NCBI GenBank assembly: GCA_012295275.1
Contig: CM022665.1
Span: 35,402,001-35,466,000 of the forward strand
DNA: 64,000 bases
DNA from: Chrysomallon squamiferum
Lineage: Eukaryota > Animalia > Mollusca
Reading direction: 5' to 3'
Shown piece by piece: positions 42,048 through 56,800 of this stretch. Position numbers and translations under genes: made by a program. Position 1 is the stretch's first letter. Each line of letters starts with the position of its first letter. The notes beneath the pieces were generated by a model that worked only from the letters and a program-made list of their open reading frames with translations, searched no databases and was not told the DNA's origin.

Positions 42048-45000
42048 TTAACATATGAGAGTTGACTTTTCAGCTGGATTTGGGTGTATTTTGCTGTCAT
42101 ATGTGTGATCATCATAAAAGTTATCTCGTGCTTTGATGCTTCTGAAAAAAAAAAAAAAAAAAAAAATCATAATCTAAAGAAAGGGGTAACGTTAATCAAG
42201 ACAGCGTAATTTTTTTCTTACATTAAAATTTTTAGAAAAGGAAAATATTAAACAAAAATAATGTTCTATTTGGTTCATTGTTAAGAAAAATCCCAATACT
42301 GCTTAAGAAACTTTCAGAACAACTAAAAACTGTTATATTTGTCAGATAAAAGTGGTTAAAATATCTTGTCTTCCATTAATCTGTCTTTCAAGTTGTCATC
42401 AAAAAATAATATACAGATTCTTATACTGTGGTGTTAAATAAAACAAAATGATACAATGTAAAATTTGCAGTTAAATAATTGAAAGAAAAGTGTGTACAAT
42501 GAAAATATGTCACCTTGCTACATAAGGTTCTAGACGGCGCAGTGTATCAGTGGTGTTGACATCTGGACCATTGGAATGCACTTGTGTGCTTTTGGTGAAT
42601 CCATCAGGAAGCAGTGAGTGAATTCCACCTCTACAATGTCCCTCACGATCAACTCCATGGAAAGTTGGGTTCTGATACCTGCAATGATCATGTTTTTGAA
42701 AATAACAAATGTGTAGGATCAACATATATAAATATTATCTCAGCATTTACTATTTTGTTAAAAACAAAAATTGAATTTTTCTTGTAAATTAGTCTCCCAG
42801 TCTTCTGCAAGTATTAACAGGCAGAGTTATCCTAGGGACATATTACAAAGCCTTATGTTATATATGGTTATATGCTTGCATTATCACTCACAAATTATAT
42901 TATCTATGTATTAGTCGCAGTTATAGAATATGTTAATTATATGACATCAGGATAAGATAAATGTTTGGAAAAACATGTAAAAAAATATTTTAGTCTGACA
43001 TGTTTTTAATTAAATAAAAATAAATTGACATGTATTAACAAAACTAAAAGAAAACTTGGAATGAGGGAAATGTAGTTTTGATGCAAAATATTTTCTTATC
43101 CTGGTCATGTTTTTATACCTTGTCACATAGTGTGTGATGAATCTTGCTGGATCATCATCCACTTGAACAAATCTGTCATTGTTTTCCACATATCCTGATG
43201 GCTCCAAGAATCCTGCTTGTGTGCGACTCAGCCTGTCTGCCTCTGAAGGTACAGGGCGCTGCAGGCCACGGAATTGGTTCTTTGTAACACTAAAATATTT
43301 ATTTACAATCCACAATAACTTTCAGAGAAATATTAAAAAGATTCGGAATTTTTAATGATCAGCAAATTTGATGAATGGTTTTGTTTAATGTACAGTATAA
43401 TAAATAAGGTTTTCTTATGAAAATCTTTCCTAACATAACTAAAAAATAGTAAAAGGCTACATCTTTATTATGATAATGATAATATTGATGATGATGATTA
43501 TAATAATGTCTCTATGGATGAGGGTTACACAGTGTTTGTCACAATGCTCATTTTAGCTGTGATGGTTCAGTTACCTTGAATAATTGTCTGGGTGTTCTGC
43601 ATTCATGTAATCTATTGGATCTTTCTTCTTCAGCTGCTCTCGCTTCAAACCTGGCATTTTGTCTGCATGATCATATGCCTTGTGACAGAAAAAAAATAAA
43701 AATAATAAAAAGTTAATAATAATAATAATAATAATAATTACAATAATTATTTTTATTTATTAAAGGACACAAATCTTCAAATCATTAATAATATAAGTCT
43801 TTAAACACTGAACACTGGCATCACAACTACTAGAACTACATTTAGTTTTTTTAAATTTATCATTTTATTAGTGCAGGAAAACAGTTAATAAGATTGAACA
43901 ATTAGAAAAAGACAATAAATGAAAAAAGAACAAACAAATAAACAAATGCCTTCCATAGCCAATTAATAGGCCTATTTACTCCAGAACACAGGATTATGGT
44001 TAAATAATTGTTTAAAAAATTCAACTTGATACTTACATCTGCCATTATTCTGTTTAAAAAGAGAGGTTTGGCCTTCTCTCTTGTGAATCCAGATTTATGA
44101 CTGGATCCTTTTGCCATGTTTGGCAGAGGGTCATTCCCCTGAAGAAAAAAAAAAAAAGACAAGATATAACACTGAAAATTTGTCAAGGAATTGTTGAAAC
44201 AGGAAAATTCAATCTGTTTATGTTACAATGTTATTTTCTTGAATCCTTCATTTGTTTCAGATAATAAGTAACTTTTACATCTTTTCTGTCCATAGATAAC
44301 TTTATTTAGAGAAGTTCAGACATAAAAAAATATCTTCTGAAACCAAGAAATGAAATATATACCGAATGAAATCAAACAAAGGAATTTAAAAAAAAATGAA
44401 TTAAAAAATAAAGACATACATGTGAATGCTCGTATGGCCTGAAATGGGTCTTCATTATGCTGATACCAGTTGGACGATCAGTCAACCAGTCCTGTTGTTA
44501 AATAAAAAGAATAGAAAAACTGTGAGCAATAAATAGAAGAAAAAAAACCTGCCTGATTTGTTAAAGATATTTCAAGGTTGTATTGTAACTAATAGAAACT
44601 GACCCAACTTTTTAAGCTTTGCTATTGTTTCAAAATATGTGACTTACACATTTACAGTCAAAACTTCATAATGAGTGACAATTATGATAACAGATGAGAA
44701 AATAAATGTTAACATAAACCACCATCAAAATTAAAGTTTAAAATTGTTACCAATTTAAAGTTTGAAAAGTTTATTTAGTATAATTTAGCAAAATTGTGTG
44801 TGTTGTACTTTAATAGGAGTATCTAAGTACAGTTATAATGTATTAAAAACGTTTATGCACACACTGTTTCACTTAAATACACTTACAGGAGTTTCTCCTG
44901 AGAATGTCTTGTTGGGATTGAAAGTGACAGGCTCAATGTTATATGCATGAGTGAATCCAGTCTCTTCCTTCTGGGCTGCACTTTTATAACTTGGTAAACC

Positions 45001-47294
45001 TTATAAAATAAAGTAAGTAAATATTAAAAACCATGATTCAAATGAATAAAATGATTTTAAATAAATATTTTAAAAAATGTATTATAATATTAATAGTTAT
45101 TAGGGATCCAGTTTGTGGTTTTTATATTAATTTCGGAATATTAGAGGAAATCCTTGGATTGACTCTTATCAGCAGAATTGGATATTTAATTTGCTCCTTA
45201 CAATAGAGATGCTGAGCACATACTCAAAACTTTGATAAAATAATCACTGGCACTGGCAGACTTAACATAACTGATGCTGTGAACCATCAGGACAAACAAT
45301 GATGAAAATAAAGGTTTCTCACCTCTTCCAACAGGAGCTTTAAATTTCTCTTTTGTTTCTGTGCTCATATAGCTGGGACCCTAAATATAATAAAAATATG
45401 ATTTCAGTGTTTTCTTATGGTATATCTTGCTTATTTTTCATCTCTCTCTCTCTCTCTCACTCACTCACTCACTCACTCACTCACTCACTCACTCACTCAC
45501 ACATATGTATATAATATAGATACACATATACATTAGTAAAACATACTAATATGTGGTTAATTAACACATACATAACCATTGTTCTCCAGTTCCACAGGAT
45601 CTTTTCCCTTCAGTGTATCTAGTCTTGGTTTGCCACGTGGCAGAATGTTAGCAGGAGCACTAGACACCCTAGTGTCAATGAAAACACCTTTTACCTAGCA
45701 AAACACATAAAATACATTTATAAAAACCAAAAAACCACCCACAAATTAAATGATTTAGAATTCAGTTTATAAGAAGTTTTATTACTGGAGAGAAAAAAAT
45801 ATTAAAGATGTATGGATATTATTAAAACACAAACAACCCCTCGTCCAAAATAAAAAAACAGTATTAAAAGTACAATTTGGTAATTTAATTATGTTCTCTG
45901 ATAATATAGCAAAAGTTTCAAAGTAAGGAATAAAGCTACAGATGTTTACACTATTTTGGCATTATCATAGATTGTACCAAAATAAAAAAAATTTATATAG
46001 AAGAACAAAAATATTTCATAATAAATTTTAATCAAAATATCAGTTACTATCAAGGATATATTATATATAATATTCATGTTAAATAATTAGAATTAACCAT
46101 AAAACAAATTAGTTACCTCACTCTCCAAAGGATGTGTTGTTGGTTTTCCTCTCACAAACCCAGTCTCTACTTGTTTAGCAAAACCTGGTAATGGCTCATT
46201 TCCTGTGTTCTCTGCATATGGTTGAAAGGACAGCTCGGTAACTGTGTGGTAGTTTTGTGTACAAATTTGGCTGGAGGAAAAAAAAAAAAAGAAGTAAATA
46301 TTACCCCTGTGAAACTATATTAGAAATGGTATAATATTATGTCATTATATATTTTGTTTTAACATATTCCTTTATTTGGTCAGCAAACTAGATTATGATT
46401 TTATAAATTAAATGATAATATATAGGCCTACCAAATGAAAAATATTTAATCATATACTGTGTATGTACTTTACAGAATTCTACAAGATTTCATATATTTA
46501 AGATATTATTAAATTATACATTAAAAGAAATTTTAAAAAATTAATAATTTAAAATAAAAAATAAAATAAAAGTTACAAAAAAGATATAATAGAGTTGAAA
46601 TATAATGTGTATCTTCTTTATGTATTAATAAGTTAGACTGAATATACAACCACACAAACAGCACACACACATATATATATGACAGATAATTAAATCTTTA
46701 TGAAGTTATATTTAAATGCTATGTGCTGTACATTTTTTAACAATGTATAAAAGTTCATTTACCTCATTACAGGATTGTCCAAGTCATCAAGCCTTTTACT
46801 GTAATAGACTGCAGGTCTGAAATTGGCTGAATAACCTGTCCCAGTGTGTCTGCCTTGCCTAGGTTTGAACTTATCCCAGTTCCTTCCATATGTTGTAGAA
46901 TTCTGAGTGATATAAAACTTCATTAAGTCAGTATCTGGTCCACGACTGGATTTAATGTGTGGATTTCTTGGACCAACTGGTAAAGAGCCTGCAACTCCTT
47001 AAAAACAAAAAAACAAAAACAAAAAATTCTGGTCATTTTCTATTTTTACATTAAAAAATATATAAACATAAGATTACAAAGTATGTAAATTATATAATAA
47101 TAATTTTGTAATTGTAATATTCAGTTAAAAATCAATTTAATTATATAAAGGATATAATTATAATCACTGATTAATTATCTTACTGGAATGAGCCAGGCTA
47201 TATATTTTAGACAAACTGAAATAAAATCATTGAAAAACAAATTTTGTTTCTTACCTCTGCCACAGGTACGAAATCTTCTTATATCAGTGGCCAT
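42048..47294 (-). CDS. PPP1R32: PPP1R32 / SAXO4 (stabilizer of axonemal microtubules 4, ciliary microtubule inner protein), ~476 aa, 12 coding exons
   Basis: Exons 47294-47255, 46997-46763, 46270-46117, 45694-45572, 45380-45323, 44999-44887, 44491-44420, 44138-44037, 43678-43575, 43289-43119, 42678-42514, 42141-42048 in one frame. Segments recalled from human PPP1R32: KFY..S..YG, TGY.ANFRP, LDNP, KDPVELEN..GP.YM, KEETGFT, EPSGY..NN, GVDREGHCRGGI, LRRLEPYVARSI...D.FY. Confidence 0.9.
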
Positions 47295-47850
47295 GACTGT
47301 ATAATCCTAATAAGAATAAATTATTAGTTTGTAAAAGTTTTAATTCATTTTACTTGTTAGGGTGATATATTAATTTATCATATCTCTTGAGCATTTCCTA
47401 TCAAGGATAAAGCTAATGATTGAAATATTTCTCACAGAGATTGTTTTGTATAATAATATGTCATTAATTGCGTTTCTGTAATTATTTTTTTTTGTGGGAC
47501 TGCAACTAGACACCGATCTACATTTTATATTTTTAAAATCATTTCACAGAAATGAGAATTAAAATTATATTACTAATAAATAAATAAATAAATAAATAAA
47601 TAAAAACATACATTTTATATTTTAAATCAATTTTAAATGGCTTACGACAACTGAACGCCAAATATTTTAACGATTAAAATCATTAGTTAACTTTAAACTT
47701 CAATATTATTGAGCAAATAAATACTTTACTGTATCATGTTTAACAGATTTGTGCCATCTGCGATAATATATTTAAGCAACATACAAATTTCATCACGCAT
47801 CATTAAAAAGGTGCAGAATGATACAGCTAATTTTAATAAGCTATATTTAC

Positions 47851-48140
47851 CTAGATATATGTAGCAAACTGCTATACAGTCTTTCCTTTATGTATCGAGC
47901 AATAATAACCCAGTAAACTTGAGAATTAAAACGCTCTGTATGTTGGCCTGGCAACCTAACGATGTAGCTCGGAGATGGGATAATTTCCGTTCGTCTTTTT
48001 CCGGAATAAGGTAATAAAATGAACGAAAAGGATCGAACTGTGTTCGGTTTAAGAACAAGGGAGGTTACTCTAATCAGACACAAAACAACACGTGTGTTTG
48101 CGATATCTCAGTATTTTCATACACCAACGTCATATATATA
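47851..48140. promoter_or_regulatory. Bidirectional promoter shared by PPP1R32/SAXO4 (-) and RPF2 (+)
   Basis: Minus-strand non-coding exon ends at donor CTAG|GTAAAT (47851/47850); RPF2 ATG at 48141. X-box-like GTTGGCCTGGCAAC at 47942-47955, ETS-like CCGGAA at 48001-48006, local CpG enrichment. Confidence 0.7.
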
Positions 48141-50742
48141 ATGGTTCTGCAAAGAATAGTGTATGTTCTGTTTATTTCAATTTTTATTTTTTTAAATTTG
48201 AAATCGTTATCGTATTAAAACTACTATAATTATTTCAGTGATACAATTGTTTTATGCGGTCTCATCAAAAATCATAACTCGAACTTGCAGACAATTCAGA
48301 ATTCTGAGTTCAGTTTGAATGTTTGAAGTTGATTATAAACGTTAACCTTTTAATATTTTATTTTTATATTGACAAAGATGATTCTGTTTATGTATATAAA
48401 AAATTATAAAACAATACGAATATTGCTGTTTTATTGAACATTATCATTATTATTGTTATTATTTTTAACCAGACTATTCAGCCTTTGTACCCATGCTATA
48501 ACTTCCTAAGTCTGTAAAAATAACCATGTTTACTGTAGCTATTTCCAATTTATTACAGAACTCACGTGTTATTCTGTTGCTACTAAATAATCTTATTATG
48601 AGTAGCTCATGAACTGAAGTTATATATTTTATATATTAATGTTATACGAAATAATGTACAGCAAAAGTAATCAATTCTTAAAATGTACATTTTCTGGCCT
48701 AAACAATTTAAAAGATTTCAAGCTTCTATTTAATTTGGTTTCCTTTTGACCAGTCATTGTCAGTAATAAAATATAATAAAATAACAAGTTCATGATATCA
48801 TTTTATTCTGATGGAGTAACTGGTTATGAAGTTTGTATTTTATTTCATTTGCTTTCCATTTACACAATAGTATCATTAAAAGCTAAATATGGTATTGTCA
48901 TACTTCCAGATTTCTGTTTCTTTCCTTTAGTCTATTTTCGTCTCAAGAGTCTCTGGTCATAATCCTCCATTTATGATCCCAGCTTTACTCTGTTCCCCTC
49001 TCCCCCATTTTGATTTGTCATCTTGGAATATTTTCAGCATTATACTTTTACAGTAGCAGTTGTTGAAACAATTTATGAAACTAAATTATTTTAATAATTG
49101 CCATTGGATGAAAAAGATAAAACATTTTCCAATAGATAATAAAACTTATTTAATGCCAAATAAGTTTTTCTAAATGTCATCAAAAGAAATAAAACAGAAT
49201 AATAACAGTGCCTTGCAACCACACATTTGATTTAATTTCCAGTTTGGCCAGCATGCAAAGAAACTAAACTAAAACTCAGAAGAACAAATCCAGTTAATTT
49301 TGCTCAAAGGTCACCATGTTCATTTGTAATAGTTGCAAATAGTATTAAATCTGAGGCATTTAAAAAATTTATTTTTGTGAACTGCTAATTCATGATCAAA
49401 CGTATAGTTGTGTATTGTTATATATATATATAATGAACTAGGTACATTATTTCCATGTTTGGAGATTCTTTTTAAACTGAAATTCCTTCTCTTTCTCCTT
49501 TAGCTCATTGATTGTTATTTAAGAGTCAGTGTTATTTCTTCTTTGACATGGATTATTATTATTATTATTATTATTTTTTTTTTTTTAAAGAAAACCTAAA
49601 ACTCAGAAGGGTAAAAGAGCCTTAGAGAAGAGAGAAAGCAAGATTTTTGAAAATGTCAAGACTGCATTGTTTATCAAGGGAGGTAACACCAGCCTCACAG
49701 TTACACAGGTCTTAAAGGAACTGGTAAATAATAAGAAATTATTTTCAGATTGAAGTTACTTTTTTAAAAATATAAATCTTCTTTACTGTACTTTAACAAA
49801 GAACAGTAATATTTAGTGAAGATAATTATAATTATGAAAATCACAGTACCAGATTAAAATAGAAGAGACCCTTTTCTGCTGTATTTTTCTTGGATATGTT
49901 TATAATACTTGTTATATATATATATATATATATTATGTATTTGAAAACATTTTGCATTAAATGATCCCTCATTTTTTTCCATGTATTTATTTGGTAATAT
50001 TGTTTTAAATATATCACTTGATGTTGAGAACATAAATGTGTTACTAATGAACAAAAATCTATAATTTGATATAGAGACATAGGTGTACTGTAAGTATATC
50101 ATAATAATGGTATTATCTTTTAAATCTCAAATATATATTTCAGCATCCCAGTAGAATCAAATATTTGTTTACAAATAATATTTATGGAAGTATAAATTAT
50201 TTAAACATATAATTTTATAATTTAGTTCATTGGATACTGATTCTTGCTCATTTTCTAGCACATGTTGAAGAAGCCTCATGCCGTGATGTTCAAAAAGTAA
50301 GTTGTAAACTATGATAAGAAAAAATCATAAGAAAGACTTATCAGCAAAGTGTTATAATTAATATAAAAAAAATTGCTGTTATTTCTTTTTATTTAACATA
50401 AGAATGTGATTATGCAAATTTCACATTTTGTTTCCTGAAATTAATTATTAGAAACACCCTGATGTATAATTTCACTGATGTTTTTTTATGGTTATTTTAA
50501 ATTGATGTATTTGATTGTGCATTATGATAAGAACAGATTATCTTTAAGGAGCATTGATAGTTACAATAATAGTGAAAAGATAACAGTAGGCAGGAAATTG
50601 TATTTTTTTCTTTCTTTTTTTTCAGGAAAAATGCAACGAGGCCTTTTGAAGACCAGACATCTGTTGTAAGTTTTAGTTGTATTCTATTTTCACATGTTTA
50701 TCACATTGTTATTTGTTCTTGCTTCTTTTTATGGTTATTCTA

Positions 50743-50794
<52 letters not shown>

Positions 50795-53792
50795 GTACCT
50801 TGACTTATGAGTGCTCCAGCTTTTGAGTGTTCTGAGTTGCGAGCCAAAAACCAAGTTATGAGTGAACTTAAGATACGCCGCTTGTTGGCGCAGTGAACAA
50901 CATAACATCCAGTGTCTCACTTGTTTTCTTCGTGTGGTGACCTCGCCACAGAACCATCTCTGGTGTGTTATGCTTTACAAAAGTGTATTTTGCCAAATTT
51001 CACTGGATCCTAAGAAAGTGAGGCAAAGGCCAGTTCTGAGAAGAAGAAGTGGATGATGTCCATTGAATTAAAGCATGAAATCATAGAAAAACATGAGTGA
51101 GGTGTGTGTTTAGTGAACATGGCTAGGCAGTACCATATTGAAGCAGTTGGAGTTGATAAAGGCTGTAACTCCAACCAAAGGCGTTAAAATAATTTCCTAG
51201 CTGTGGACCTCTGTCCATGAAAAGATGGAGAAACTCTAATCCTGTACACTTCACGAAACCAAATTATTTCTTTACATTCTCTTTTATTTTGTTTTTATTC
51301 AATATTTGTCATTTATAAACATTTTTCTTATTTAAAAACACGTTACAAAAAATTGGGTTGCATTTGGGGGGCTGGAATGGATTAATGGTATTTCAATTAA
51401 TTTGATATATGAGCAAATTGAGTTACGAGCTCAGTCACGAAACGAATTAAACTCGTAAGTCAAGGTACCACTATATATACGAATATATATAATATATTCA
51501 GGGCCAATGCTACCATACAGGCAAACTAGGCAGCCACCTAGGGTGGTGATTTCAGGGGGTGCATTTCTCCTAATCAATAACAATTTTGAAAAATAAATAA
51601 ATACATTTCAGTTTTATTGTGGGTTGTTTTTTATCCTGGTTTATTTCATACAGGGACATATATTCAGGTAGATTTGGTATTACCAAAACACCAGGCTTAC
51701 TGGAATAAGCAAAACAAGTAATTGTGTTTGCATGTTTTTATAGGCCACAAGTTTTCTGTAGAATCATGCGTATACAAAATCTTCAGTTTGCCGCAGAAAC
51801 CAAACTGAGGGCAGTAACTCCTAATTTTAATGGCATAAACAAGGAAAGAAATGGTATGTGTGGGATATTTTAATGTCTGCAGCAGAAAAATCTTGCCTGT
51901 TGAGATTGCATGTTGAAAATAAATGTTTTAAATTTATTGTTATATATATACATTTTAAAAGTTGTGTAAGATTTAAAGTGGAAAATCACGGTATGTAACT
52001 GAATATTATTATATTAACAAATATGTTATGTTATATATACAGCAAAATTAAGTGAATATATTTTTTGTTTTGTTTTAGGAATTTTTCTCTGAAAGGAATG
52101 ATTCATCTTTGTTTTTGTTTGGCTGTCATTCGAAGAAACGACCAAACAATCTGATACTTGGTAATTTCATTTTAAAAAATGACAATAAGTATAGTGTGTT
52201 TATTTTTTTATTATTATTATTTTTATTTCATTTCCAAAATATAATACTTTGAATGTAATACCTGTGAAGTACTGATGCTAATTTCAGAATTTGACTGACT
52301 TGCATGTGTGACACAATGAATATAATAAATAACACTGATTACTACATTTAGTCCACTGCAAATTACTAAAATTTATATTTTAGTTATATTTTTGGGTTTC
52401 AGGTCGCTTGTTTGATTATCATATTCTTGATATGGTGGAATTAGGAATTGAACGATTCAGATCTTTATTTGATTTTGAGGTAGACATTTGATTTGTGTGT
52501 GTATATAAAACATTGTGAATTTCAGAAATTAGTTTTTGATATTGTTGAAGTAGAAAAAAATATATTAATCACTTCACACAGCTTGTTTCTAATATTTATT
52601 TATTTGATTATCCACCATATTCTTTCATTTTTTAATTCTTAAATTTGTATTTGTTTTTAAACATTGGTTTTGTTTTCAAACAAAGTGTCAAAAGGAACAT
52701 TTATAAATTGATTTTATTATTTGTAATATAAAATACACAACTTAGCTAATATGGTGGGAGTATGTAGTAAATAAGGTATTTAATAAATATAAACTATGCT
52801 TGTTTTTTGAACGTATATCTTTTGATTTAAACTTAAAGAAGTGGTATGTGTTAAAGAAATCAATTTTAATTTTAATTACAAGTTGTTGTTATTTGCTTTT
52901 CAAGTGCTTTTCTCCTGTGCAGAAAGTAAGAAGATAAATGCATTTAATTGATTAATTTTTATGTTTACTTTTCAAGGGTGTGAAAATTTCATTAGGTTTG
53001 AAGCCATGTCTGATTTTCTCTGGTGAAGTGTTTGAAAATGATAAAGAATATGGCCGCATCAAAAATATGTTCATAGGTAACAGACTTCATTTGTTTTTAT
53101 TTTTCAAAACTTAGTTATTGGGTTATTTTGTTTAAATAACAACAAAAAATGTAATCTTCTAAAAATTATTATTTAACAATACAGATAATGTATGTTTTCA
53201 TGTAAATTATATTGGATAAACAAAAATATATTTTACAACTTTTAATAGTCCTCAAATAGTGACATCTTACTGGGATAAATTGAGTAGTAAAAATGTAAAA
53301 TGAACTGACAGTGGATGTGACTGGTTTGTGCTAAAATTTAATTTATAAATGTTCAGGAACATTACTTACAATAAAATAAAAGTTGCAATTTTTAGAGGAA
53401 GGGATTAAATTATTACCAGTAATAGAATGATTATTTAAAGTTAAAAATGTGGGTTTTTTTGTAGCATGAATATATGCAAGTTGAGCAAGTTCATCCTGAA
53501 TGATAGCATTCATTTTTTAATAATATTTATTCATATTTGTTAATGGGGTGGATCCTTATTTCACAGTTCACTGATATTGATAAACTGCTGAAACTGCAAG
53601 TAGTAGGTCATCTCCAATTTAAGTGCATATATGCAGATCTGCATACACTTCTTTCAAAGATAATGTAATCTTAGAATGAACTCTTTGTTATTTAGTCACA
53701 ATTTGTATTCTGTGAATAGTGTTAATGTGTTTCAGTTTTCTGACTTGTTCTTTTCCTCTACTGCCATAGTATCTCTCTGTGTTTCTCTCTCT

Positions 53793-53847
<55 letters not shown>

Positions 53848-56800
53848 AATCTGCATGTTTGTGTGTGTTTACATCTATATGCATTAGTGTGTGCATGCAT
53901 GCATGAGATAATCTAAGCGGTTTTGTATGCACAAAAGTGTGATAACTACTGGATTTGCACTAAAAATGTTGGGTGGGGCTATTACCTATATTTCACAGAC
54001 CAGTAAGTACCATGGCATTCAGTTTTTCACAAGGTAAAGTCAAGGGTCAGCAAAATCTTTATCACCTTTTTTTTTTTAATATATTTTTTTTTATGTGTGT
54101 ATTTATTTGTATATTTTTATGTTCATAACTGTCCTACATTTCATGGTTGGTTAATCATAATTCCTAAAGGAATAAAAAAAATAATAAAAAAATAAGTCTT
54201 TGAAAAAAAAAGTATTCAGGGAGATGTATTTTGCATAAAGTGAAAAGTGTAACTATCAATTAAGTGATAAATATGATAGGTCACACTGATCTGCACTTAC
54301 CTAGACTTATTCTTTAACAAAATATTTGTTTACTAGTTAGTTAGTCAATGTTAATAGTTGTTTTTCTTTCTTATATCTAGATTTTTTCCGAGGACCTGTT
54401 GTAAAAAATGTCCGATTGGCAGGTATAGAACATGTAATAAGTATTACAGCATTAGATGGGAAAATCTACATCAGAAATTACAGGTATTTTAATAAAAGCC
54501 TTGAAACTATTCTCATATATTCATGTTATTGAGCATTGATTTCTTATTGAAATAAATGTTTGGTGATATGTTCCTATAATTTGAATATACATTTTGTGCT
54601 GTCTAGTTATTATTTTATTAGGATGTTGTAACCAGTTTTTGCTAAAATTAAAGAATGACAGTTGAGTAACTGCTGTTTGAGAATACACAAAGGCTAGCAT
54701 TTTCTCTTGTGATGTTTTGTTTTGTGTTGGTAAGTGGAAAATACCCGGATAGACTAAGTTAATCGCTTCACGGCTTTTACAGCCTTAGTCTATCAGGCCG
54801 TTTTGCCTCCCCTTTCTTTATCTAAAATCAATGAAAAAATTGTAACACATCTTTAATATTGATGTCAAATATTGATGTTTTTTTTATTGTTTTTTTTTAA
54901 TATTGATGCCAAATAAGGGACAGAGGATTGATTTAGCAGCCAATCATCCTTCAGACCAGTTCTCTGTCATTAGACAACAGCATATTTTGTCTAAAATGAT
55001 ATAATAACTGGGAAAATACTAACCTTTGTTCATCTTCCTGAACTTGTAGTCATACTTTATAGTTAGCAAAGAATGGTTACGAGTTTTAAATAAAACTGAT
55101 TAATTGAAATTAAACAGAATACACCATGAAAAAGTAGATAAGAATTGGATCTGCTGTCCAAAAACTAAAAAGAAATTTGTTTGAATTATAAAGAGTGATT
55201 TTTGTTAGGTTTTAATTTCACTGTAATTTAATAGCTATTAAATTTCAAATTCAAATTTTAAAAGATTCTGATTTTATGTTTATTGTGAATATTCTAAATA
55301 GTGTAATAGGCTAAGCTGAATAAAATTAATTTACAAAATGATTTTGGTTTGGCTGAAGGTGTTTCAATATTTTAAACCAGAATCAGATTTAAAAGACTTG
55401 TTTATTACACATGCATATGGTTTCTTACAGCTTGTTCATTAAAAGTTTTCACATTTATTTTCTTATTTATTATCATCTGTTGTTTGTTTGACATCCTTTC
55501 ATATTGCATATGTTCAGAATTCTGCTGAAGAAATCGGGAAGCCGTACCCCAAGGATTGAACTAGATGAGATGGGCCCATCTTTAGATTTAGTAGTTAGAA
55601 GAGTTCGTCTTGCCAGCGATGATCTTTATAAACAGGCTTTGAAAGTCCCCAAAACTGCCACAGTGAGTTCACTTACACGTTTCCACTTCTTTATTTTATT
55701 ACTTGGAGCATGAGTGCATATTTGTATTTGTTTTTATGTTTTCTGTCTCAAATTACTGAAATGTCTGCTTTTCATTTCTGTAAAGCTAAGTAAATTTAAC
55801 TGTTACTCCCAATGTCATGCTGTTTGTAAGTCATTTTAGCTGTTTGATAATGCCCTCTTTAGATGTACATGATTGAATATGGTGCAAAGAATCAAAATTG
55901 AATAATAAATCCAGTGCTGTTATACTATTATTATTTTTTTGATTCAGAAATGAAATTATTCAATATGTCATTGCTTTAAAATATGAATAATGTGCACGTG
56001 TAATCTTTGAATTAGTTTTTCAATGTGAGGATTAATGTTTTTAATGACAACTGAAAGAAAGTACTTTTCAGAATAAATATAAATATGATTAAAAACAGTT
56101 GTGGATAAAGTTCTTTTTGTATTTTGTTATAAATAATATCCTAATATAAAATTGTATTGTACATAATTAAGAATGATGTATGTGTGAATGCAAGAAGAGA
56201 TGCATAGTAAGTGACAGAAGGAAATATGTTGGGGTAAATATTTTATAATTTCTGATTTAACAGAAAATACTTTTTTTTTAATGCTTCTTTAAAAAGGTAA
56301 ACAGATATTAACAGGATTCATCATTTGATGTTAACCTCTAAAGTTGGCAGACATTTGAAATACAATCTTACACCATTTGGTTTTGACTTACATGATTGTG
56401 TAGTTAATTGTACCTTTCTTTATTGAGGTCTTTGGGTCACAGGGCAATACATGTTGTTCTACTATTTGATGCACAAATTACTAAATGCAAATAAACACAA
56501 GTTTAGATACAACTTTTACAGGCAAACCGAAATGTAATTAATTATCTGTTTGTTGTTGTCTGTTTTATAAATTTGTTCACCTATTTAATTTTTAAAATCA
56601 CATTATTTATCATGTTGGACTTGTTATGTAAACATTTCTGAATTTTGTTGTTGTTGTTGTTGTTTTGATCTTATTATTCTTTTCTGCAGATTGTCTTGCA
56701 AAGTAACTTTTTTTTATTTGAAAGTGCAAATCCATAATCTAACAAATATGTTCTTATTTTTTCACTTTTGCTTTTACTGTTTATTTGTAACTTTATTTTC

